Shown: positions 1 through 7,778, numbered from the stretch's first letter. The stretch: DNA of 12,745 nucleotides from Candidatus Bipolaricaulia bacterium (GCA_042219045.1 JBDGQO010000001.1:25004-37748); one strand, 5' to 3'. Notes: generated by a model from the letters alone, not told the origin. Made by a program: numbers and translations.

Positions 1-1988
1 CCGATCCGCTCCAGCCGATCCAGCCGAAGGTCGGGTGGTCCGTTGCGGCTCATGCCATGGCTCGACTCCGCCGGGTAGCGCACGAAGACGGTCTCGACGC
101 CGAGCCACTTGAGCGTCGTGAAGAGCTGTTCGGCCTGTTCAATGGGACAGCGCAGGTCGCCCTCGCTATGGATAATCAGCGTCGGCGTCTCGGCGTTTTC
201 CAGGTACCGCAGCGGGGACTGTTGTTGCAGCGTTGCGGGGTCCTCCCATGGCGTCCCGGCCCAGTAGCCATCGGGATGCAGCAGCGTGTGGGGAATGTCG
301 GTCGTGCCGGCCATGCTTTGCAGGTTGGCGACACAGCGGTCGGTGACTGCGCAGTTGAAGCGATTCGAATGGCCGACGATCCAGTTGGTCATGTAGCCGC
401 CGTAGCTGCCGCCGGCGACGGCCAGCCGATCCTCGTCGATGTAGGGCAGCGAGACGACGTGATCGAGCGCGGCCATGATGTCGTCGTGGTCTCGGTTGCC
501 CCAATCTCCCCGGATCTCGGCCATGAAGTCTTCGGCATAGCCGCTGCTGCCTCGGGGGTTGGTGTAGAGCACGGCGTAGCCCCGGGCCGCGTGCCATTGG
601 AGCTCGTGGAAAAAGGAGTGGCCGTATTGGGCGTGCGGGCCGCCGTGGACGTAGAGCAGGAGCGGGTACTGGGTCTGCGCGTCGAAATCCGGCGGCGTGA
701 GCAGCCAGCCGTGGACCCGGTTCCCGTCGTCCGTGTCGACCCAGAGCTCGTCAGGGGGGCTCAGCTCGACGGCGTCGCGCCACTCCCCGTTGAAGTCGGT
801 GACCCACTGCCAGGCCAGCTCGCCGTCGCGGCGCGTGCCGAGCGCGACCTCGCTCGGCTGGGTAGGCCGCGAGGCCAACAGCGCAAACCGCGTTCCCTCT
901 CGGTCGACGCTGAGGCCGCCGACGTCGAGGGGGCCCTCGGTGAGCGGGCGCGGCTCGCCGTCGAGCGGGACCTCGTAGACGTGACAGTCGCCGTGGCTGC
1001 TGACGGGCACGAAGAGCCGTGAGCTGTCCCCGCTCCACAGCGGCGGGCTGCCGCCGGCAAACGCTTCACGGGTATCGCTCAGAATGGTGTTGCCGACGGG
1101 GCGATCGAGCGATTCGGTCAGCGAGCGGGCATTCCCGCCCTCGGGCGAGACGACCCAGAGCCGATCGTGGTCGGGGCGCCAGGGGTCCTCGCCGGCTTCG
1201 GTGCCCGTGTAGGCAAGCAACGCGCCGTCCGGGGACCAACTGAGGCTGGCCTTGGCGCCGACGGGCGTCTCGACGCGCTCGGGGGCGCTGTCTCCATCGG
1301 CGTCGACGAGCCAAAGGTCGATCGCGTAGGGCGTGACCTCGGGGCGTTCGCTTCGATTGGACAAAAACGCGATGCGGTCGCCGTCGGGATCCCACGTCGG
1401 GGCGTTGTCGTCGTAGTCGCCGTCGGTGATCTGCTGCGCCGCGCCCGTCTCGGCGTCACAGACCCAGATGTGCTGGCGCTCGTCGAGGTACCCCGCGCCG
1501 TCGAGCCGATAGAGCATGCGGGTCACGACGCGCGGCGGCGTCGACGCGCCCGACTCTTCGCGTTGCTTGCGGGCTTCCTGGGTCCGTTCCTCCGCAAGCG
1601 GCCGGAACGCCAACGCCAGGCGATCGCCATCGGGGGACCAGGCGATCTGACTGACGCCGCCCTCGGGCAGCTCGGTCAGTTGACGGGCTTCCCCGCCGTC
1701 GACGCGCATCGTCCAGATCTGGGTGCGTTGGTCGACGGTTCGAATGAACGCGATGCGGTCGCCGTTGGGCGACCAGCGCGGGCTCGCGTCGCTCACCTCG
1801 CCGAAGGTGAACGGACGCAGCGCTTCCGAAGCGACGTCGTAGAACCACAGATGCGACAGATAACGGTTCGCCTCCGCGTCGATCGTCTTGGCCGTCAGAA
1901 CGATGCAGTCGCCGTCCGGGCTCATTTGGGGATCGCCCGCAAAGGTGAGCGACAACAAGTCTTCCTTGGTCAAGGCGCGGTTGGGCAT
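1..1988 (-). CDS. S9 family serine peptidase (acylaminoacyl/dipeptidyl aminopeptidase type; N-terminal beta-propeller plus alpha/beta hydrolase); 3' end runs off the window
   Basis: Spot-translated by hand; absent from the ORF track because the stop lies outside the window. ATG at 1988 follows GAGGAGG and reads MPNRALTKEDLLSLTFAGDPQMSPDG. Propeller SPDG motifs, HGGPH, nucleophile GGSYGGYMTNW (~381-414), acid motif HSEGDLRCPIEQ and catalytic His in HGMSRNGPPDLRLDRLERI at the window edge are all present. No signal peptide. Confidence 0.95.
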   Translation of the reverse strand, partial: MPNRALTKEDLLSLTFAGDPQMSPDGDCIVLTAKTIDAEANRYLSHLWFYDVASEALRPFTFGEVSDASPRWSPNGDRIAFIRTVDQRTQIWTMRVDGGEARQLTELPEGGVSQIAWSPDGDRLALAFRPLAEERTQEARKQREESGASTPPRVVTRMLYRLDGAGYLDERQHIWVCDAETGAAQQITDGDYDDNAPTWDPDGDRIAFLSNRSERPEVTPYAIDLWLVDADGDSAPERVETPVGAKASLSWSPDGALLAYTGTEAGEDPWRPDHDRLWVVSPEGGNARSLTESLDRPVGNTILSDTREAFAGGSPPLWSGDSSRLFVPVSSHGDCHVYEVPLDGEPRPLTEGPLDVGGLSVDREGTRFALLASRPTQPSEVALGTRRDGELAWQWVTDFNGEWRDAVELSPPDELWVDTDDGNRVHGWLLTPPDFDAQTQYPLLLYVHGGPHAQYGHSFFHELQWHAARGYAVLYTNPRGSSGYAEDFMAEIRGDWGNRDHDDIMAALDHVVSLPYIDEDRLAVAGGSYGGYMTNWIVGHSNRFNCAVTDRCVANLQSMAGTTDIPHTLLHPDGYWAGTPWEDPATLQQQSPLRYLENAETPTLIIHSEGDLRCPIEQAEQLFTTLKWLGVETVFVRYPAESSHGMSRNGPPDLRLDRLERI

Positions 1989-2017
1989 GGTTCCTCCTCA
2001 AAGATCTTGGATGGACG

Positions 2018-3154
2018 CTAGAGGGCGCGCTCGTAGATGCGATAGCGCTTGTAAATGTCGGCTTTCGCTCGCTCCATGGTCTGCTGCATTTTGCGGTTAT
2101 CCTCCAGAACCCAAGAGCACTCGCACCGTTCGTAGGAGCTGGCCATGATGGACCGGATCATGCGCAGATACAACAGCGCGTCCACGCCGCGTCCCCGGTG
2201 CTGGGCCTTGATGCCGAGCGTCATCAGGCGCATGCGATCGATCTTGCGCTTGTGCCAGAGCAGCTTGAACAATCCGAACGGGAAGAGTCGCCCGTTGATC
2301 GGTTGGAGCGCCTGGTTGAAGTCGGGAAGCGCCAGGCCGAAGGCGACCGGCTCGTCGCCGCGCTCGATGACCACGCCGAGGTCGGGATCGACGACCTGCT
2401 TGAGATCGTGAGCCATGTCGCGAAACTCCCGTTCGGTGAGCGGGACGAAGCCCCAGTTGGCTTCCCACGCCTCGTTGTAGATCTCGCGCAGCCGGGCAAC
2501 TTCCGCATCGAAGTCCTTCAAGTTGACGCGGCGGGCCGTGTAGCCGTCCTCTTGGGCACGTTGGCTGAGCTTCTCCACGCGCGGGATCAGGGAAGCCATC
2601 GCCGACTGGAACGCCTCCGCCTCCAAACGGATGAGATAGGCGACGAGGTCCTTGGCCTTACGGAACCCGTTCCGCTCGATGTAGTCGGCATAGTATTCCG
2701 GGTTGTAGGGCATCATCACCGCCGGCGGGTCGTTGAAGCCCGCGATCAGCAATCCGCTTTCGCCGTTCGTGTTGTAGCCGAAGGGCCCGCGGATCCGGTG
2801 CATGTCCCGTTGGCGCAGCCAGTCGGCCGCGGCCTCGAAGAGTCCCGCTGCCACCTCGGGCCGCTCCACGGACTCAAAAAAGCCGAACAAGCCCGTTTGC
2901 TCCTCGTGGAACTCGTTGTGGAGGTGGTCGACGTGGGCACAGATCCGGCCGACGGGGCGGTTGCCGTCGTAAGCCACAAAGAACTGGGCTTCGGCGTGAT
3001 TAAAGAACGGGTTCTGATCGCGATCGAACTTCTTGGCCTCGTCGGAGCGTAATGGCGCCACCCAGTAGGGATCGTTCCGATAAAGGTCCCATGGAAGGTC
3101 GATAAACCGGCGAAGGTCCGACGATGTTGTTGTGGGGCGGATGTCCACGCTCAT
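2018..3154 (-). CDS. GNAT-fold N-acyltransferase of the YghO / bacterial ceramide synthase (bCerS)-like family
   Basis: 378 aa with family motifs FIDLPWDLY-DPYWVAPL, NPFFNHAE, VGRI-AHVD, FGFFES, GPF---N-E-GLLI-GF, MMPYNPEYY, YNEAW--NWGFVP, LPDFNQ, the acyl-CoA motif HRGRGVDAL and SWVLEDN. It ends 29 bp before the peptidase start, so the two are probably co-transcribed. Confidence 0.85.
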   Translation of the reverse strand: MSVDIRPTTTSSDLRRFIDLPWDLYRNDPYWVAPLRSDEAKKFDRDQNPFFNHAEAQFFVAYDGNRPVGRICAHVDHLHNEFHEEQTGLFGFFESVERPEVAAGLFEAAADWLRQRDMHRIRGPFGYNTNGESGLLIAGFNDPPAVMMPYNPEYYADYIERNGFRKAKDLVAYLIRLEAEAFQSAMASLIPRVEKLSQRAQEDGYTARRVNLKDFDAEVARLREIYNEAWEANWGFVPLTEREFRDMAHDLKQVVDPDLGVVIERGDEPVAFGLALPDFNQALQPINGRLFPFGLFKLLWHKRKIDRMRLMTLGIKAQHRGRGVDALLYLRMIRSIMASSYERCECSWVLEDNRKMQQTMERAKADIYKRYRIYERAL

Positions 3155-3277
3155 GGTGGCCCGTCGCTTGTGTATTCTACGGCGCGATCAGGAAGGGAGG
3201 CTAACCGGCACAAGTCGCTTCGTCAACTGCGCCAATCCCCCAACGGGAAATGAGGAAGTCCGGCAGGCATGCGGAAT

Positions 3278-3367
3278 TCAGTTAGCCAGAATGGAGCTAA
3301 GAAAGCGGAAAAAGACGATCATGAAGATCGCGAAGAACAGTGCGGATGTCGCCTCGACACCGGCCAT
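3278..3367 (-). CDS. Putative 29-aa single-pass membrane peptide, MAGVEATSALFFAIFMIVFFRFLSSILAN
   Basis: ATG at 3367 lies 6 nt after GGAGGGG, with TGA at 3278-3280. The ORF fills an otherwise empty intergenic gap, is co-directional with its neighbours and has a Phe-rich hydrophobic core. It is below the ORF-track size cut-off. Confidence 0.6.
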   Translation of the reverse strand: MAGVEATSALFFAIFMIVFFRFLSSILAN

Positions 3368-3413
3368 GTGATTCCCCTCCTGCGGCAAGTGCTTTGCTAG
3401 CCTTTGGCATGAG

Positions 3414-3455
3414 TGTAGCAAAGGTCACACCCGCCAAGCTGTGCTCAGTGTCACA
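3414..3455. promoter_or_regulatory. Tandem Crp/Fnr-family-like operator boxes
   Basis: TGTAG-N6-TCACA (3414-3429) and TGTGC-N6-TCACA (3440-3455) match the CRP consensus TGTGA-N6-TCACA at 8/10 and 9/10. They lie upstream of the 29-aa ORF. Confidence 0.4.
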
Positions 3456-3456
3456 T

Positions 3457-5472
3457 TCAACGGGCGTCGTCAGGGAGCCGTTGGTCAATAGGCGTGCCTG
3501 TTCGCCAGTAAGCGACGAGCGTCACCATCGTGGAGAGGTCGATTCGGCGTCCATCGGTTCCCGGGACGCGGGCCTGTTCTTTCCACAAGGCGGTTGCCTG
3601 CAGCATCTGGTTAAAGGTAATGAAGTTGGACAAACGGAGGTCAAGAGTGCCGTTCTCGGTTAGTCGAGAAACGGCAACTTTGACGGGAAGCGCAAGCACA
3701 ACGTCGACGACCTTGTCGCCACGCACATCAGTCTGCATTGACGGAACGCCGCTGAATGCTTGGCCGAAGAAGCGGACTTTGTCCGGCTGGGCTTGGTCGG
3801 GAACGTCAACGCGGTAGAGGATCGTTCGCGTCTGCCCAGCGTTGAGCGGGTCGGTGAAGAGCCACTCGGTCAGTTCGCGATTGAACTTAGCGCCGGCGTT
3901 TTCCACGGGCGTCAGCTGCCAATTTTCAGGGGGTCGCTCTCGAACGCCGAGGCCGACGATGCGGCGCCGCGCTTTGACTTTGAGCCGGACGTGGAAGGAA
4001 CTGCCCGGTAAGGCCTGAGAGTTGGGCAAATACGAGCCGATGACCCGTTCAACGCGGGCGGGGTGCGAGGCCTGCTGGACGTCGACGGTCTGCGAGGCCG
4101 TGGCCGTTCGATCCCGGTTGTCGGTCACCTTCACTTGAATTTGATAGGTCCCCGTCGTTCGGTACTCATGCGATGTGGAGGCACTTGAGCTCCGTTTCTC
4201 GAAGTCGCCGTCGCCATCGACGTCCCAGGCGTACGACACGATCTCGCTCGAAGGTGCTTCAGACGCGCTCGCGTCGAGCGTGATGGTCTGTCCGACGACG
4301 GGTTGTGACGGGCTGACGTCGATTTCCGCACTCAGGTCGCTCGTTGTGCCGTCGCGTTCGTCGCTGGCGGAACTGTCCTCATCGTCATCGGAGGCGGATG
4401 AGGAGGAGTCGATCTTGGAAATCTCCAGCTGGAGCGGTGACGATGTCGACGGGAGGGCCACATACTCGGGATCGGCCAAGCTGCCGCGCACAAGATACCA
4501 TGTGTTAACGCTCCCGTTGAATTCGGGACGCAAAGACAGCGACGTGCCATCGGAAAGGCCGCTTAATGCGGCCCCGTCGGTTTGTCCGCTTGACCAGCGC
4601 CACGTCGCTTTGGCCGACGGTGGACTCAGCCAGTAGGCGTCGTCCGAGTCATCCTGGATCGCAAATGTTGCGTTCTGGGGGACACCCCATAGCGTAAATT
4701 TGACCTCGGCGGGCCGTTGTGATTGATGGCTGATCACCACCGAGAGTGTCCCGTCGGACTCTTCATGGAGAAAGAGGATGCTGGCGTCTTCGCGGATGAG
4801 CGAGCTTCGGCTTCGGAAGTCCTCGTATTGATATATCCCATCGAGACCTCGGGACGTCTTCAAAGGCGCGAGCGTCCATGTCTGCCCCTCCTGGCGAATG
4901 ACAGCGTTCGTCTGACGGGTGGATCTGTCGGAGGAGTTGTTCACGTTCGGCTGGAACGTCGTTGAAAATGCGCCTCGGAACACGATATCGAACACGCGGG
5001 TCGGGTCCAATTCGGTAGGGAGCTGAATGACGCCGGCGCTGAGTGCTTCGGCCGGCAGTTGGCCGGTCCGGAAGTTGTCGGTCAATGGGTTGATATCGCT
5101 CGATTCGGTGAGAAAGCGCGCGTTGTCCTGCGAGAATGTGATCTGGTGTGGATCGAATCGCGACGCCTGTGTGGGATAGACGAGCGTCAGTAACGCAGGC
5201 GTGTCGACAAACGGACGAACGCCGTCCTTCAATTCGGCTTTGAGCTCGCTATCGAGTATCGCTTCCTTAGTGGCGACGAAGGCCAAGATAAACCGATCAG
5301 GCCCATCGTTAACGACCAGAGTCGCCAACATGTCCAGTGGGATGCCAGATTGCTCGCTTAGCTTTTTCTTGGCGACGTCGTTCAGCGGACTCTGTGCCGG
5401 TGCGGCGACGGCGAGACCGAGCAATCCGCCCACCAGCATCACCGCGGCCGCCGTGCGGGCGGCACGGATCAT
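3457..5472 (-). CDS. Secreted multidomain cell-surface protein with a PKD domain, an Ig/DUF11-like domain and a C-terminal duplicated helical motif
   Basis: Start reassigned from 5550 to ATG 5472, which follows AAAGGAGG and opens a Sec signal peptide (MIRAARTAAAVMLVGGLLGLAVAAPA). PKD signature: VGQTITLDASAS...IVSYAWDVDGDG...SHEYRTTGTYQIQVKVTD. A Ser/Asp-rich linker precedes it. 671 aa. Confidence 0.85.
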   Translation of the reverse strand: MIRAARTAAAVMLVGGLLGLAVAAPAQSPLNDVAKKKLSEQSGIPLDMLATLVVNDGPDRFILAFVATKEAILDSELKAELKDGVRPFVDTPALLTLVYPTQASRFDPHQITFSQDNARFLTESSDINPLTDNFRTGQLPAEALSAGVIQLPTELDPTRVFDIVFRGAFSTTFQPNVNNSSDRSTRQTNAVIRQEGQTWTLAPLKTSRGLDGIYQYEDFRSRSSLIREDASILFLHEESDGTLSVVISHQSQRPAEVKFTLWGVPQNATFAIQDDSDDAYWLSPPSAKATWRWSSGQTDGAALSGLSDGTSLSLRPEFNGSVNTWYLVRGSLADPEYVALPSTSSPLQLEISKIDSSSSASDDDEDSSASDERDGTTSDLSAEIDVSPSQPVVGQTITLDASASEAPSSEIVSYAWDVDGDGDFEKRSSSASTSHEYRTTGTYQIQVKVTDNRDRTATASQTVDVQQASHPARVERVIGSYLPNSQALPGSSFHVRLKVKARRRIVGLGVRERPPENWQLTPVENAGAKFNRELTEWLFTDPLNAGQTRTILYRVDVPDQAQPDKVRFFGQAFSGVPSMQTDVRGDKVVDVVLALPVKVAVSRLTENGTLDLRLSNFITFNQMLQATALWKEQARVPGTDGRRIDLSTMVTLVAYWRTGTPIDQRLPDDAR

Positions 5473-5507
5473 GGATCGGACCTCCTTTGTGGTTGCCCTC
5501 AGTGCGA

Positions 5508-5537
5508 ACGATAAGCGGATACTGGAACCGACGTCAA
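5508..5537 (-). promoter_or_regulatory. Candidate sigma70 promoter of the PKD-protein gene
   Basis: Minus strand reads TTGACG-N18-TATCGT, ending 35 nt upstream of ATG 5472. Confidence 0.35.
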
Positions 5538-5586
5538 CATTGAACGTCACAGACGAAGCTCATGGGGTCCGGATGGCTAGCCCGAG

Positions 5587-6549
5587 TTAGCGTTGCGCGA
5601 ATCCCGCTTGGCTCGTGCGGCTCGTGTCGGCCGCCATGGTCTCAGCAGCGTCGGTTTCGCTGGTCTCGGACAGGGCCACGGCCGAGAAGACGATCAGCCC
5701 GATCCAGATCAGATCGGCAACGAGGAGATGCACCAGCTGCATCCAGACGGGCGCGCTTAGCGCAACGTTGAGCGCGCCGATGCCGAGTTGGCCAACGAGC
5801 CCGCCCGAGAGCCAGCGGCTGAGCAACCGCCCTCGAGGCGACGGCCGAGCTTGCGCGATCGTCAGGACGAGCAAGAGCACCCCGACGCTGGCGCCGATGG
5901 AGAAGATGGGATGGATGGTGCGCAGCCCGATCAGCAGTTCAGCCGTCGCGGACGGCTCGGTCCCGCCGAGCCGATAGAGCGTGTCGCCCAGGGCGGTCAC
6001 GGCGCCGCTGACGCTGATGAGAATCACGCCGAACAGCGCAGCGCCCATGGCGAGCGTCCATGCGCCGGCTTGGCGAACGCGCAGCGGGGCCGTGTGGGAA
6101 CTCCACCACGCCGTGAGGGTCAGCGTCGCGAGGAGCAGGAACGTGTTGAGCAGGTGTCCGGCCATCCAATAGGCGCGCGCGATGGAGGCGTTGTCAGCGA
6201 CCAGCTCAAAGAGGACGAGTCCGGCCCCCACAAGCGACTCCGTGATCATGAAGACCACAGCCAACCCCGATGTCCATCGCAGGCGGTGGCCGCGCGCGAA
6301 TCGCCGGAAGGCCCAGATCGCGAGGCCGAGCACCAAGAGGAACGCAACGCCGCTGCTGGCGCGATGGGCAAACTCGATGAGCGTCTCGATCCGCTCGGGC
6401 CGGGGGACGACCTCGTTGTTACACAAGGGCCAGTCGTTGGCACAGCCTGCGCCGGAGCCGGTTGCGCGCACGAGGGCTCCCCATAGGATAACGGCGACGG
6501 TATAGACGAGCGTTCCCCAGGCGTATCGAATAAATCCTCGTGAAGCCAT
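5587..6549 (-). CDS. ctaA: Heme A synthase (COX15/CtaA family)
   Basis: Start reassigned to ATG 6549 (GGGGAG upstream); the 75-codon extension in the ORF track is not homologous. Motifs GALVRATGSGAGCANDWPLC, IEFAHR, AGHLLN, TIHP and QLVHL supply four conserved His. About 8 TM helices; 320 aa. Confidence 0.92.
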   Translation of the reverse strand: MASRGFIRYAWGTLVYTVAVILWGALVRATGSGAGCANDWPLCNNEVVPRPERIETLIEFAHRASSGVAFLLVLGLAIWAFRRFARGHRLRWTSGLAVVFMITESLVGAGLVLFELVADNASIARAYWMAGHLLNTFLLLATLTLTAWWSSHTAPLRVRQAGAWTLAMGAALFGVILISVSGAVTALGDTLYRLGGTEPSATAELLIGLRTIHPIFSIGASVGVLLLVLTIAQARPSPRGRLLSRWLSGGLVGQLGIGALNVALSAPVWMQLVHLLVADLIWIGLIVFSAVALSETSETDAAETMAADTSRTSQAGFAQR

Positions 6550-6725
6550 TGCTCCCCAATTATAGGCACCGCGGTCCGTATCCACCAGGGTTTCGATCGA
6601 GCTGATCTGCGCTCGCGATCTGGGAACGCTTCGCTGTTGTCCGTGGAGCGCGTCGTTAAGCAGTCGATGGCAGGCTGGCTTTGATGCCCATGGGCAAGGA
6701 CGTCCAAGGCCTCGCGATACGGAGA

Positions 6726-6754
6726 TTGACCCGCATGCGCGAATGTGGTAGATT
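6726..6754 (+). promoter_or_regulatory. Sigma70 promoter of the cold-shock gene
   Basis: TTGACC (6726-6731), a 17-nt spacer ending in extended -10 TGn, then TAGATT (6749-6754). Predicted +1 is near 6761. Confidence 0.75.
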
Positions 6755-6760
6755 GCTATA

Positions 6761-6903
6761 GATGGTGTAAACAAACACCGTCAAAGCTTAAGGCTGTTCC
6801 AGCTGGATCATGGGCAAGCGTTGGTAACCTACCCGGTGCAACCGTCCAAGCAGACTCCACGGAGTAGCCAAATCACAAGCAGAAAGGCAGGACGCATTGG
6901 ATC
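6761..6903 (+). promoter_or_regulatory. Long structured 5' UTR of the csp gene (possible thermoregulatory leader)
   Basis: About 143 nt between the predicted TSS and the ATG. It begins with the hairpin GATGGTGT-AAACAA-ACACCGTC (6761-6782). Long leaders are established for cold-inducible csp genes. Confidence 0.5.
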
Positions 6904-7107
6904 ATGGCGACCGGAACGGTCAAGTGGTTCAACGATGACAAGGGGTTCGGTTTCATCGAACAGGACGACGGGGGCGAGGACGTCTTCGTCCACTTCTCAG
7001 CGATCGACGAGGAAGGCTACAAGTCGCTGACCGAAGGCCAGCGCGTCGAGTTCGAGGTCGAACAAGACGAGAAGGGACCTCGGGCGGCTAACGTCCAGAA
7101 GCGATAG
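6904..7107 (+). CDS. csp: Cold-shock protein (CspA family)
   Basis: 67 aa: [18 protein letters not shown] (RNP1), DVFVHFSAI (RNP2), [22 protein letters not shown]. Confidence 0.98.
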   Translation: MATGTVKWFNDDKGFGFIEQDDGGEDVFVHFSAIDEEGYKSLTEGQRVEFEVEQDEKGPRAANVQKR

Positions 7108-7153
7108 CTCCGACTTTCGGACCCATCCCGCAACTTTCTAAGGGAGCGATACC

Positions 7154-7609
7154 GTGACGGACTCCGACAACGGTTATCCCAACCATCCGACCCGGTCGGA
7201 TCAAGAACAAGAGCTCCACGATCACATCATCGAGGTGCTCGTCGAACAACTGCAGTCGAACGGCTTCGAGGACGTGCGCACCAACCCTGGTGACAACCAG
7301 GCCAACGTCATCGAAGTGGAGGAGGAGACGGAGCTATGCCCCGATCTCTTTGCCGTGGACGGCGAAGAGGTCACGGCCATCTGCGAGGTCGAAACGCCGA
7401 CGACCGTCCACGAGGACGCCGTCGAGCAGTGGCAGGACTATGCCGCCCTCGATTCCACGTTCCTGCTTGTTGTCCCCGAGGAGTACGCCGACAACGCGCG
7501 TGAAATCCTCGAGGCGAACGAGATCGAATGCGATCAACTGATCGCCTATCAACTCTCCGCCGAGGGCGAAGACGGGGCCGAGGGCGAGGAAAGCGAAAGC
7601 GAAAGCTGA
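7154..7609 (+). CDS. Highly acidic hypothetical protein with a PD-(D/E)XK-like motif pattern
   Basis: GTG start after AAGGGAG; GC3-rich coding pattern. N-terminal helix LHDHIIEVLVEQL, then CPDL...ICEVET and FLLVVP. Hand count: 43 Asp/Glu, 3 Arg and no Lys in 151 aa. Confidence 0.8.
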   Translation: MTDSDNGYPNHPTRSDQEQELHDHIIEVLVEQLQSNGFEDVRTNPGDNQANVIEVEEETELCPDLFAVDGEEVTAICEVETPTTVHEDAVEQWQDYAALDSTFLLVVPEEYADNAREILEANEIECDQLIAYQLSAEGEDGAEGEESESES

Positions 7610-7679
7610 ACCGCCCATCCGACCGCCCCATCGGCGACGCATTCAACCGACGATCAACCCATCTGAATGCCCCGATAAC

Positions 7680-7718
7680 GGACGCGGTGGCTTGAGCCGC
7701 CCTCAGGCCACCGCGTCC
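7680..7718 (+). terminator. Strong 17-bp hairpin downstream of the csp / acidic-protein pair (terminator or 3' stabiliser)
   Basis: GGACGCGGTGGCTTGAG-CCGCC-CTCAGGCCACCGCGTCC. The single mismatch is a G-U pair on the + strand only. No clear U tract. Confidence 0.55.
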
Positions 7719-7778
7719 TCCAACTGACTCCCACAGCTACGAACCATTTGCCCATCTCCCAACTTCGTCGGGGTCGAG

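Noticed and set aside
57..2021. Long + strand ORFs 57..1022 and 1167..2021
   Set aside because: Antisense shadows of the S9 peptidase, whose catalytic motifs are all on the minus strand; typical of high-GC DNA.
2198..3052. 284-aa + strand ORF
   Set aside because: Antisense shadow of the GNAT gene with no recognisable motifs.
3405..3420. Sigma54-like TGGCATG-N4-TAGCA on the + strand
   Set aside because: Points antisense into the PKD gene with no credible target, and the -12 element is imperfect.
3297..3488. 63-aa minus-strand ORF in the ORF track
   Set aside because: Overlaps the PKD gene end and lacks an RBS; a different frame (3278..3367) has the RBS and a coherent hydrophobic product.
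6550..6774. N-terminal extension of ctaA (and similar extensions at 5473-5550, 9014-9034 and 12223-12240)
   Set aside because: Downstream starts have better RBS or promoter context and match family N-termini or signal peptides.
7589..7606. (GAAAGC)x3 tandem repeat
   Set aside because: In-frame low-complexity ESESES tail; too short to suggest phase variation.
7607..7635. Third TGAACCG as a possible ECF promoter
   Set aside because: The sequence at the 17-nt spacing is ATCGGC rather than AYGCAC, and the TGA is simply the upstream gene's stop codon.
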